DNA of 64,000 nt from the sequence record NC_028899.1, one strand, 5' to 3'. A program made the position numbers and the translations under genes. The notes under the pieces are model-generated. The model had not been told where the DNA came from and ran no database searches. It saw only the letters and a list, made by a program, of their open reading frames with translations. This document shows positions 55,892-64,000 of this stretch, one piece after another (positions within the stretch are counted from its first letter, which is position 1; the number at the start of each line of letters is the position of its first letter).

Positions 55892-57985
55892 ATGAATCCT
55901 ATTCTGTTACTCAATAAGAGGAACAAAACAGCAGTTTATCCACCGGATCTGCTGATTTTCGACATCGATCGAACCTGTCCGATTCTGGGAAATCCCTATC
56001 CGATGGGTGACCAGGATGATGTCGATGAACGAAATCACGTAATCGAAGAGTATCGAAAACACTTCGAAAAAGAGTACGCTCGTAATGGTGCTCTCACGAA
56101 AAGAATTCATGAATTTGCAGACTTGATTCGCAGCGGCAGGCGGATCGGTCTTAGATGCTGGTGTCACCCAAAACCGTGTCACGGCAGAATCATCATCTCT
56201 AAGATCAAAGAACTCCTGGAAGGAACCATGTCGGAAGCGCCTAATAAACCGAACAAAGAGTTTTTGAATTACCCTTTCAATCCAGAAGACATCGACTACA
56301 CGGAATGTCGTTTCGCCATTCACATGCCTCGGCGTGGAGAGAATGGTATCGACCTCCATGCAGTCAAGGAAGTGATCCACTTCAAAGACGGAACCTCCAA
56401 GCCTTGGGTCCGTTACGTTCCGAACTACAAATGCAAGTTCTGGACAACGCGTCCCCACTTACGTAAAGGGCAGTTTGCCCACAAACAAAAGAAAGAGTGG
56501 GAGCATCTCGACAATCTGGTCGAAGGTCAAGCCACTGCTTCGGATCTGCCGTTTGCGGTCGCCCGTGCTCTGGACCAGTTACGTCTCGCGCAGCGTTACT
56601 TCGATCTGAAGGATTCGCCTTACGTCTATGGTCTCGATATTCCATCGACGGTACAACTCAAGCACGACTATACCGTGCGCATGCAAGGCAAAGCCGATAC
56701 GCCGTTCATTACGGCTTACTCCGATACTGAAACGAACATGCTCGGTATCGAAGAAGGCGCCAGCAAACACATCATCATGCAGTCGCTCTTCCACGAAGAT
56801 GGTCGACTCTATACGGTGATTCTGAAAGACTTCTTGAAGACTTTGCCGGGTAATCCGGAACAGGCTTTGCGCGCGCTCTACGACGAACACATGCCTGAAC
56901 AAGGTAAGGAGATCGTCAAGGAGTGGGAGATTCTGCTCGTTGATCAACCGATCGATATCGTGAAGGCCATTCTGCTTCGGTGCCATACCTGGCAGCCTGA
57001 CTTCCTGTCGTTCTGGAACATGATCTTCGACTTGGACAAGATGATCGAATGCGTTGAAGACGCTGGTTATCGTGTCGAGGACATCTTCTGCGATCCGCGC
57101 TTGCCGCGTGAGCTGCGTTATGCGTATCTGAAGCGCGCTAACCCGTCCAAGACGTCTGCGTCGGGCCGCCTGATGACCAAGAAGCCTGCTGATCAATGGC
57201 ATAGCTTCCTGTGTCCTGCATCGTTTTACATCATCGACCAGATGGCGACCTATCGGTTCATCCGTAAGTCGAAGCAGCTGGAAAAGAGTTACGGTCTGGA
57301 TGACATTCTGGGCAAGGAACTCAAAGGTCTCGGTAAGCTCAAACACAAGCCTGCTGAAGGTCTGACCAAAGCTGAATTTCACATCTTCATGCAACAGAAG
57401 TATCCTGGCGAGTATGTGATTTATCACATCTGGGATGCGGTCTGTATGCACCTGCTGACGCTGAAGACGAAGGATCTGTCATTCTCGTTGCCAGGTACGA
57501 CGGAGTTCTCGGACTTCATGAGCTTCGAGTCTGAACCGAAGCGTTACATCCACAAGTTCCACTTTTACGCATTGGAGAAGCATAACTGCGTAACAGGTGT
57601 GTCGAGTAAGGCACTGGTGCAAGAATACGACGACATGACCATTTCCACCAAAGGTCACATCGTCACGCTTGAACCTCATTTGACAGTCGATACTGGGCTT
57701 AAGGTCTTCAATGATTATCCCGGGTTACAGACGAACTTCTACGGTCATAATGCTGACTTGGACGTGAAGTCCAGTTATCCTTACGGCCAATGGGGTTTCA
57801 ACATGTCGCGTATGACGACTGTTCGTGAACTCATCGAGATCGAAGGAGTGCGAGATCATACTCGTCGCATCCAAGGTCTGAACATTTCTGGTGGACGCAG
57901 TAATGCAGTTGAATTCTGTACTGAGATCTTCGGCCTTCCGAGCCTCGCTGAACTCGACAAAATCTACGATCAAGCAAATGCTTAA
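55892..57985 (+). CDS. DUF4326 fused to a phiKZ gp82-like RNase H-fold / DNA-polymerase exonuclease-like protein
   Basis: N-terminal 'LGNPY...LRCWCHPKPCHG'. Downstream 'YSDTET', 'WNMIFD', 'YHIWD', and 'DLDVKSSYP' (PolB region II-like). Confidence 0.7.
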   Translation: MNPILLLNKRNKTAVYPPDLLIFDIDRTCPILGNPYPMGDQDDVDERNHVIEEYRKHFEKEYARNGALTKRIHEFADLIRSGRRIGLRCWCHPKPCHGRIIISKIKELLEGTMSEAPNKPNKEFLNYPFNPEDIDYTECRFAIHMPRRGENGIDLHAVKEVIHFKDGTSKPWVRYVPNYKCKFWTTRPHLRKGQFAHKQKKEWEHLDNLVEGQATASDLPFAVARALDQLRLAQRYFDLKDSPYVYGLDIPSTVQLKHDYTVRMQGKADTPFITAYSDTETNMLGIEEGASKHIIMQSLFHEDGRLYTVILKDFLKTLPGNPEQALRALYDEHMPEQGKEIVKEWEILLVDQPIDIVKAILLRCHTWQPDFLSFWNMIFDLDKMIECVEDAGYRVEDIFCDPRLPRELRYAYLKRANPSKTSASGRLMTKKPADQWHSFLCPASFYIIDQMATYRFIRKSKQLEKSYGLDDILGKELKGLGKLKHKPAEGLTKAEFHIFMQQKYPGEYVIYHIWDAVCMHLLTLKTKDLSFSLPGTTEFSDFMSFESEPKRYIHKFHFYALEKHNCVTGVSSKALVQEYDDMTISTKGHIVTLEPHLTVDTGLKVFNDYPGLQTNFYGHNADLDVKSSYPYGQWGFNMSRMTTVRELIEIEGVRDHTRRIQGLNISGGRSNAVEFCTEIFGLPSLAELDKIYDQANA

Positions 57986-57987
57986 AG

Positions 57988-58031
57988 CATAGCACTCTAC
58001 TCCTAGCCGAAAGGCTAGGAGTAGGTCTATG
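57988..58031. terminator. Bidirectional terminator flanked by CATAG/CTATG
   Basis: CTACTCCTAGCC-GAAA-GGCTAGGAGTAG between convergent genes. Confidence 0.85.
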
Positions 58032-58036
58032 TCTCT

Positions 58037-58633
58037 TTACAACACGCTATAACCAGCAGGCGTATAGATTGGGTTCTTTACGTAATCAGCAATAGACGCT
58101 GTCGTCAAAGCATGCGGACTGGCTGCGATCGGATACACTGTCGTCACACCAGCCGTGTACGACGTCATGTATGAAGCGATCGTAATCGCGCCTTGCGAGA
58201 CGCCGTTCTTGTAAAATACAGCAACACCATTTGTGAGGTCACATGCGAAACCGATGTTATCGCCTTGTACGAAAGCAGTACCGTAGCCAGTACGCGAGTC
58301 GGCACTGCCATACATAAGCTGTGAAGTACTGCCAGTACAATACCAGCAGAGTTTACCGCCAGTCTTCCATGGATCGTTCAGAGAAGCCGTGCTATTAGCC
58401 AAGCCAAGAACCGGACTGTACTGGTTATTGCCTTCGAACAACGTGGCAATAATTTCAAAATACCATTTGCCGGTCGATTTTCCGTTTAAGCCAAAGACAG
58501 CGCCACCGATATCACTCAGGTTAGCGGTGTAGTTGTTATTGGAAAGCGTAACGGTAGAAGCCTTCATGTTCGGGTTGAAACCCGAACTTAGAGGAGCGGC
58601 TACTTTCTTTTTTAACAGCATTGCGGCTAGCAT
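58037..58633 (-). CDS. SPRY/B30.2-domain protein (paralogue 2)
   Basis: 'TGKWYFEI...VLGLA...GDNIGFACDL..G...FYKNG'. Confidence 0.75.
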   Translation of the reverse strand: MLAAMLLKKKVAAPLSSGFNPNMKASTVTLSNNNYTANLSDIGGAVFGLNGKSTGKWYFEIIATLFEGNNQYSPVLGLANSTASLNDPWKTGGKLCWYCTGSTSQLMYGSADSRTGYGTAFVQGDNIGFACDLTNGVAVFYKNGVSQGAITIASYMTSYTAGVTTVYPIAASPHALTTASIADYVKNPIYTPAGYSVL

Positions 58634-58636
58634 AAA

Positions 58637-59242
58637 TCACCACCGTGAGAAACCGGACGGAATTGGATTGAGTAAACTACCTGTGGAGATGAGATCGACA
58701 ATACCGTTCGTACCAGTTGCGTAAGGACTACCGCACAACGGATAGAACGTATGTCCGACGTTACTGTACGTCGCCAGACTGAGTGTCGCGTATGGAGTTG
58801 TTCCGATATAGAACTGAACTGTGTTGTTGACTAGATCCAGAGCCACACCAACCGTAGCACCGGTCGTGAAGAATGTACCATAGTTAATGGACTTACCAAC
58901 TCCGTAGAAGACCACGCAGTTGCTAGGTGCGTTCGAATAAACCAGGACTTCATCCGGTCCGTTGTTATACGGATTGGTCAAGTCGGTACGTTCGGAACAG
59001 ATACCGACGACAGGCGCCGCTCCACCAGACCAACCGCTTTCAACCTGAATGATTTTGAATTCGGTATACCACTTACCGGTGGTCTTTCCGAGAGTCCCAC
59101 GCACTGATGCATGAGATGAAGAATTAAGGGTTGCTCGAAGGTTTCCATTTGACAAGGTGGCACCCGAGCTTAATGCCGCTGGATCCCATGTCTGAGTCGA
59201 ATTCGGAATGACCTTTTTCTTCAAGAGCATTGGCTCGAACAT
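58637..59242 (-). CDS. SPRY/B30.2-domain protein (paralogue 1)
   Basis: 'TLSNGNL..T...SVRGT...TGKWYTEF...VGIC...GATVGVALDL'. Confidence 0.75.
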   Translation of the reverse strand: MFEPMLLKKKVIPNSTQTWDPAALSSGATLSNGNLRATLNSSSHASVRGTLGKTTGKWYTEFKIIQVESGWSGGAAPVVGICSERTDLTNPYNNGPDEVLVYSNAPSNCVVFYGVGKSINYGTFFTTGATVGVALDLVNNTVQFYIGTTPYATLSLATYSNVGHTFYPLCGSPYATGTNGIVDLISTGSLLNPIPSGFSRW

Positions 59243-59283
59243 AATGATCCTAATTCCGCGTGTTAATTGTCATAGGATCCGGA

Positions 59284-59318
59284 CATAGGTCTCCTACTAG
59301 GCTTACGCCTAGTAGGAG
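59284..59318 (-). terminator. Hairpin + TATG element
   Basis: CTCCTACTAGGC-TTAC-GCCTAGTAGGAG with CATAG on its left. Confidence 0.75.
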
Positions 59319-59323
59319 TATCG

Positions 59324-60052
59324 TCAATCGGTGATGTACTGCACGATGTTCACGACGGACTGCTTGACTGAATCCAGATCACGCGTTGCATCGACGGTGA
59401 AGAGCGGACCGGCTTCCAGCAACGTACGTTGGCTGAATTGAGTACGGAAGTTCTGGATGAGGTTTTCGAAGAACTCGTCGGGCTTCGATTCGAATGCATC
59501 CTTCTCGCCCGATGTCGCGGTCACGCGTTCTTCTACCCGTGCGCGTGAAGTTGCCAGATCGATGTTCAAGAAGATCGTCGCATAGCCCTTGATCTGGTTG
59601 TAAAGCCATGCACGCTTGTCAAGCGGATAAGCGGCCAGGATGTTGGGCAGGTTCAGATGGTAGTCAAACATCTGATCACAGAGCTTCTTAGGGATTCCCT
59701 GAGTGTAGTGCTGGTACACCCACGTCGTATCGTTCCAACGGTCACTGACGACCACCTGACCAGCCAGAAGGGCAGGAATGATCGACTCGGTCAGTACACG
59801 TCGGCGCAGATACAGAATACACGACAGAACTGCCGGCATCGGGATACGTTGATGGATCCATGCATCGCGCATGAACGACGCTTCTTCGTCTTTCGGATAC
59901 GCTGCTACGAGCGTATTCGGAATCCCTTTCTTCGACAGGTAGTCGCTGATGAATTGGGAAATGCTGCTCTTGCCACTACCATCGATTCCTTCGATGGTCC
60001 AGAAACGATTCTGGTTCGCACCGATTTCTTTAGCATCCGGAAAGAAAGCCAC
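59324..60052 (-). CDS. tmk: Thymidylate kinase
   Basis: 242 aa. 'TIEGIDGSGKSS' P-loop, 'VVVSDRWNDTTWVYQ', 'TIFLNID'. Confidence 0.9.
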   Translation of the reverse strand: MAFFPDAKEIGANQNRFWTIEGIDGSGKSSISQFISDYLSKKGIPNTLVAAYPKDEEASFMRDAWIHQRIPMPAVLSCILYLRRRVLTESIIPALLAGQVVVSDRWNDTTWVYQHYTQGIPKKLCDQMFDYHLNLPNILAAYPLDKRAWLYNQIKGYATIFLNIDLATSRARVEERVTATSGEKDAFESKPDEFFENLIQNFRTQFSQRTLLEAGPLFTVDATRDLDSVKQSVVNIVQYITD

Positions 60053-60136
60053 GGTCTTCCTCGCAATTTAGTAAAAAGAAAGCAAAAAAAAAATCCCCAG
60101 TGTTACCTGGGGATTAAGACATGCGCCATCCGAGGC

Positions 60137-60901
60137 TTACACGCGGCGCATGTAAAGGCTCAGAGGCACATAGGACGGATTCACGAAGCGGTACATTGCT
60201 GCACGCGCTTGTTCTTTACGGCGGATGTTATCGGCATAATCCAGCATCGTCGACAACTGTTCATTCGTTTTGGCAATACCCACGTGGATTGCAGCGCCCC
60301 GATCGATCGACCAGTACTGCACGCCCACATTCCCGTTGTCGTAGCAGCGGATCTGCACGCCATCGGGTACGACGAGATCTTCAATCGTCAGCTGGTGATT
60401 GCGGTTGTACTTCACCGGATACCAGAGGTTCTTGTTGACTTCGTCTGTGACGAAGCGCAGGTTGTCGAAGTAATAATTGGCTGCTTCCAGAACCATCGAC
60501 TTGTAGTCGGGGTTATAGAATTCCTTCGACAGTTCCGTACCACTGAAGACACGGATGATCACCTTGCGCGGTCCACGCTGTACTGCCACCATTTTCGACG
60601 GCAGGATGAACACGCCATGGCCGGGAATGACCTTGACGCCTTCTTCCTTCTTGTCGAACAACTGCCGCAGTTTCCCGCGGCCGTTGAATGCCTTCGACTG
60701 CCCCAGCGCCGTATTGTACATACGGAATGCTTCGGGCGTGATGGCGTCATCGACGACCGGAGTGAACAAGTGGTTCTGGCGAATACTGTTGACGCGCCAT
60801 GCCTTCTCGTCACCCCAGTTAATCATGACCAGGTCAGAGTCAATGGGAAACTCGTGACCAACGATACGAACAACATTTTTGCCGACAGAGATTTGCTTCA
60901 T
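60137..60901 (-). CDS. Hypothetical protein
   Basis: 254 aa, AAGGA RBS, GC3-rich. Confidence 0.75.
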   Translation of the reverse strand: MKQISVGKNVVRIVGHEFPIDSDLVMINWGDEKAWRVNSIRQNHLFTPVVDDAITPEAFRMYNTALGQSKAFNGRGKLRQLFDKKEEGVKVIPGHGVFILPSKMVAVQRGPRKVIIRVFSGTELSKEFYNPDYKSMVLEAANYYFDNLRFVTDEVNKNLWYPVKYNRNHQLTIEDLVVPDGVQIRCYDNGNVGVQYWSIDRGAAIHVGIAKTNEQLSTMLDYADNIRRKEQARAAMYRFVNPSYVPLSLYMRRV

Positions 60902-60946
60902 TGTCGATTATTCCTTGCAGATTTTGAAATTGAATACGTCGACGTG

Positions 60947-61675
60947 TTAAACGTCGATTTCCTCGGGGGTTGCTGCTTCCGGGGTTTCCCCCGTTGCTGC
61001 TTTCTGGCGAGCCACAATGATCCGCTTTGCCATCTCGACGGCCACCAGGAAGTGGGCGTGAGAAGTCAGATACGGATTCTTCGGCACCGATACAGTACTC
61101 GCCAAGCGCCGCGGATCGCCAGCCTGCTCATAGTTCTCCAGCGGTTCGGTTTTCTGGTAGGCGTCGATCATCTCCTTGACGGCGGCGATGACCGAATCCA
61201 CCCACACATACTTCATCTTCCATGCGGACTTGTAATACCGCTTGGCGTCTTCTTCGTTGAAGCCGGCGGCCGCGAGGGTCGTCAGGCAGCCTTGCTCGAA
61301 GATTTCGCGCGTGCGCACGGACAGCGGAATCGCGACGATGGTTCGTCCGACTTCCTTTTCATCCTGTTTACGGATGTTGACTCGAAGTTCCCACTCACCG
61401 AGTCGATGGGGTACGCGGCTCCAGCCGTGGAAGAACTGCACCAGGTCTTTCTGGCGTCCTTCTGCGACGATCCGCTCGATCTCTGCGACGGCAGCTTCGT
61501 CAGCCGGCGACACAGAGGGCATGGGGTGCGGTCGCATCGGCGGGCGATGCGCGGTATGGTTATTTCCTCCACGGCTATAAGTTGCCGTATGCGGCCGATG
61601 ACGCTGGCCTTCATGTGACTGGGGCGTGTTTTTCTTGTTGCCGCCGAATCGATGAGTCATGTTGAGATAAGTCAT
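60947..61675 (-). CDS. Hypothetical protein with a disordered His/Arg/Pro-rich N-terminus
   Basis: 242 aa with a GGGAG RBS. Confidence 0.75.
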   Translation of the reverse strand: MTYLNMTHRFGGNKKNTPQSHEGQRHRPHTATYSRGGNNHTAHRPPMRPHPMPSVSPADEAAVAEIERIVAEGRQKDLVQFFHGWSRVPHRLGEWELRVNIRKQDEKEVGRTIVAIPLSVRTREIFEQGCLTTLAAAGFNEEDAKRYYKSAWKMKYVWVDSVIAAVKEMIDAYQKTEPLENYEQAGDPRRLASTVSVPKNPYLTSHAHFLVAVEMAKRIIVARQKAATGETPEAATPEEIDV

Positions 61676-61830
61676 TTAAGACTCCCTAGACAATTTTGGT
61701 AAGCGAGGGATTCGCTTGTTTTAACCAACAGAACTAGAACCCAGCAAAAGTTTTAGCCGGAAATTCATTTTGATTATATATTGTTGATTTTTTCTGCATT
61801 ATATCTGAATGCTAGAGAAATAAAAACAGA

Positions 61831-61867
61831 CATAGACAAATACCAGATGCCCGAAGGCATCTGGTAT
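61831..61867 (-). terminator. Hairpin + TATG element
   Basis: ATACCAGATGCC-CGAA-GGCATCTGGTAT with CATAG and an A-tract on its left. Confidence 0.8.
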
Positions 61868-61869
61868 CG

Positions 61870-62421
61870 TCATTTCGCTGGCGGCTTTGTAGGAGTCGTC
61901 TGAGACAACTGACGCTCCAGATTCTTGAGGAGGCTGCTTCCTGCCCCGAACAGCTTAGCGGAATGCTTCTTGGCAGAATTAATCACCTTCAAGAAATCCC
62001 TTCGAGGATAATGAATCAGTTCATCGAAGGATAGCCCGAAGATCTCATGAACCCGGTTCTCAGCGAACTGGTCGAGCCGGAAGTCTATCGGATCAACAAC
62101 GGACAAGTCCTCAAGAGGAGAACAGAAGAGCAGAGGCCATGGAACAGCCTCTGTATCCGGCGCATCGTGATTGTAAATACCAAATGCGGTTTCGTACTTC
62201 ATCCGCATGAACAACTCGGCATCTACCACGTTGGGTAGTCTGGCGGTTGTCATGGCATCCAGAATCACGTTTGCCGGATTGTATTGCTTGTCTTCTGCTC
62301 TCACCTTTTCGGGTGCTAGTCCGATGTGCCCTCCAGTGCTCGTGACGTAATCCCAAGCAACTTCTGCTCGACCAGCTGAAAAAAAACCGAAATCGCATCG
62401 ATTGCGATCAGGCGCGGCCAC
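61870..62421 (-). CDS. Conserved phage protein in the -1 frame of the upstream gene; possible frameshift extension
   Basis: Open frame overlaps the upstream gene by 106 nt. C-terminal 'EIFGLSFDELIHYPRRDF'. No clear own RBS. Confidence 0.6.
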   Translation of the reverse strand: MAAPDRNRCDFGFFSAGRAEVAWDYVTSTGGHIGLAPEKVRAEDKQYNPANVILDAMTTARLPNVVDAELFMRMKYETAFGIYNHDAPDTEAVPWPLLFCSPLEDLSVVDPIDFRLDQFAENRVHEIFGLSFDELIHYPRRDFLKVINSAKKHSAKLFGAGSSLLKNLERQLSQTTPTKPPAK

Positions 62422-63839
62422 TTGTCGCCGGACTTGGTGTCCTCGTACTCGTTGACCGAAGTCGTCGCGATGATCGCGACTTGCGTGTTGTTGATGTACT
62501 CACTGATCGCCTTGAAGAACTTCGAGGAGATCTCGTCGGATGCCGACAGGGACGAGAGAACCTTGTCCACGTTTTCGCGCGTGGTATAAAGCTCGCCGTC
62601 TTCTTCGATCGACTTGACGTAGTGCGAATACTGACGCAGACGCGAAGCCTTAGCCAGCTGGCTAATGTACTGCATGCGCTTCTTTTCGTCTGCTTCGGCG
62701 CCCAGTGCTTCATGCACTGCCGCCTGGATCTCGTTGATCCACTTCTCGCCTGAGTCGAAGTACTCACGCAGGCTCGGCGTGTACAGATGCAGCTTCACGC
62801 CATCGCCGATGTCGACAACCGTGTTCTGATTGAAGACAAACTGGTCCTTGTACTCCTTGACCATTTTCACGGTCATGGGCTGCTCGATGCGCTTGACCAT
62901 GTGCGCCAGCTGCTCTTCCTTGAACATCTTGGCGTTCATGAAGAGCGCCTTACGCAGATCGATGATCTGGTTGATTTCCTTGGCCGGCAGCTTGGTGTCT
63001 TCCGTAAAGACTGCACGCGACATCGGGAAGCCGTTCGGATAAACCGACGTAGCGACCGATTGCGCGATCAAGGGCAGATCGTTGATCGTGATGTGATCGA
63101 CGATGTTTTCCTTGGGCAGGTCTTTGACGGTGGTCTCGACCATCGAGGCGAGCCATGCTTCGACGATCGCCTTGGCTGTGAAGACCGAGTTGTTCGCGAA
63201 CATGAGGCCATGCGTTGCACGACCGAGCTTGACCGGCTCGGCGATGACCGCACGCCACAGGCCGATGATGTCGATTTCTTCGAGCGGTTTGACCGTTGCG
63301 TAGAACCCGGAGCCCACCAGCGGAACCTGGACGGGCGAACCCAGGCCCAGACGCGACTTCACCGACAGAACGATACGTTCGGAGCTCATGTTCGAACCAC
63401 GACCGCGGTTCGAGAACTTCGGACGACCGATGTTGATGTTGCTGCCGTTGTAGGTCAGCGCATTGCGCCATTCGGCGTTCGGGTCTGCCAGTGCATCTTC
63501 GAACACGCCATGCGACGGAACCGAACGGAAGCCGTTGAGTAGCGTCTGGTACCAGTTGACGGAGTCTTCGTGAACGTCGACTTCGCCCATCTTGGTTGTC
63601 GCCATGTCGTCGTTCACGCGCGTTGCGGTGTCCGGCAGCAGCGGGATCAGAACGCCCTGGAACTTTTCGACTTGTTCGTCGGTCGCGTCGGACATGAGAG
63701 CGGTTTTGCTCTCGTAGTTTTTGTCTTGCTTGGGCAGCTGTGCGTTCTGCGGGTCGATATTGACCTGCGTCTCTTCCGGCATGACGAGATCCGTTTCGTC
63801 ATGCTGGCTGCCCGGGGTATCTTCCGGTGCGATTGCCAT
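62316..63839 (-). CDS. Conserved phiKZ-like protein (possible baseplate-hub / tail assembly chaperone)
   Basis: 507 aa with an AAGGA RBS. 'GLGSPVQVPLVGSGFY.TVKP', 'I.INDLP.IA...A...YPNGFP'. Confidence 0.7.
   Translation of the reverse strand: MAIAPEDTPGSQHDETDLVMPEETQVNIDPQNAQLPKQDKNYESKTALMSDATDEQVEKFQGVLIPLLPDTATRVNDDMATTKMGEVDVHEDSVNWYQTLLNGFRSVPSHGVFEDALADPNAEWRNALTYNGSNINIGRPKFSNRGRGSNMSSERIVLSVKSRLGLGSPVQVPLVGSGFYATVKPLEEIDIIGLWRAVIAEPVKLGRATHGLMFANNSVFTAKAIVEAWLASMVETTVKDLPKENIVDHITINDLPLIAQSVATSVYPNGFPMSRAVFTEDTKLPAKEINQIIDLRKALFMNAKMFKEEQLAHMVKRIEQPMTVKMVKEYKDQFVFNQNTVVDIGDGVKLHLYTPSLREYFDSGEKWINEIQAAVHEALGAEADEKKRMQYISQLAKASRLRQYSHYVKSIEEDGELYTTRENVDKVLSSLSASDEISSKFFKAISEYINNTQVAIIATTSVNEYEDTKSGDKWPRLIAIDAISVFFQLVEQKLLGITSRALEGTSD
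62379..62387 (-). other. Candidate -1 ribosomal slippery site (G)U_UUU_UUU
   Basis: Codons GTT TTT TTT (V485-F487) of the 507-aa gene, with the -1 frame open to 61870. Confidence 0.45.
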
Positions 63840-63852
63840 GTGGCGTGTTCCT

Positions 63853-64000
63853 TTAGATGCGGATCAGATCGTGACCCATGCGCGGATCGACGTTGATCGG
63901 TTCTTGGGCTTCAGCAGCCGCCGAGAGAGCTTCTGCATCGATGCCGTCCAGACCTTCCTTCGGCTGCTCGACTTCTTCAGCCAGCTGAGGACGGTCGCCT
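63853..64000 (-). CDS. C-terminal end of a gene truncated by the window edge
   Basis: Frame ...GDRPQLAEEVEQPKEG...MGHDLIRI* ends at TAA 63853. Confidence 0.6.
   Translation of the reverse strand, partial: GDRPQLAEEVEQPKEGLDGIDAEALSAAAEAQEPINVDPRMGHDLIRI

Noticed and set aside
59657-61618. 653-aa plus-strand ORF, and similar long antisense ORFs (52174-53994, 42479-43858, 43963-45255, 54473-55822)
   Set aside because: They are shadows of GC3-rich minus-strand genes, lack an RBS and motifs, and overlap better-supported CDSs.
2383-61867. Repeated hairpins as a CRISPR-like or REP-like repeat family
   Set aside because: The stems differ in sequence and are dispersed singly at gene boundaries. 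They are consistent with terminators or regulatory elements, not an array.
1-64000. tRNA, rRNA, integrase, transposase or RNA polymerase subunit genes
   Set aside because: No cloverleaf-compatible segments or diagnostic motifs were seen by eye. tRNAscan-SE and HMM searches would be needed to exclude them formally.

Overview
The window is a 64-kb segment of a phiKZ-like jumbo phage (Chimalliviridae-type) genome. Most genes lie on the minus strand, so the order is reversed relative to phiKZ. The assignment rests on a phiKZ-type DnaB helicase, a long virion-structural block matching my recollection of phiKZ gp82-gp101 in order, size and strand, phiKZ internal-head paralogues with S/A-x-E protease sites, ThyA, Tmk, a collagen-like tail-fibre cassette, and perfect phiKZ early-promoter motifs (TATATTAC). 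The accessory region (about 2.4-29 kb) holds the most unusual items: a tandem array of seven divergent winged-helix proteins, a coupled pair of proteasome-beta/HslV-like Ntn-fold genes, a protein ending in an IF2 N-domain-like module, a stand-alone QueC-like enzyme, a promoter- and terminator-bounded structured RNA candidate, and an unannotated 28-aa peptide gene. Elsewhere there is a candidate G/GT-type -1 frameshift (62379-62387), a DUF4326 domain fused in frame to the gp82-like protein with an internal start, and a recurrent 'hairpin + TATG' intergenic element. I saw no tRNA, rRNA, CRISPR array, intron or IS element. All family assignments are by eye, and phiKZ gene numbers come from synteny and size, not from a database search.
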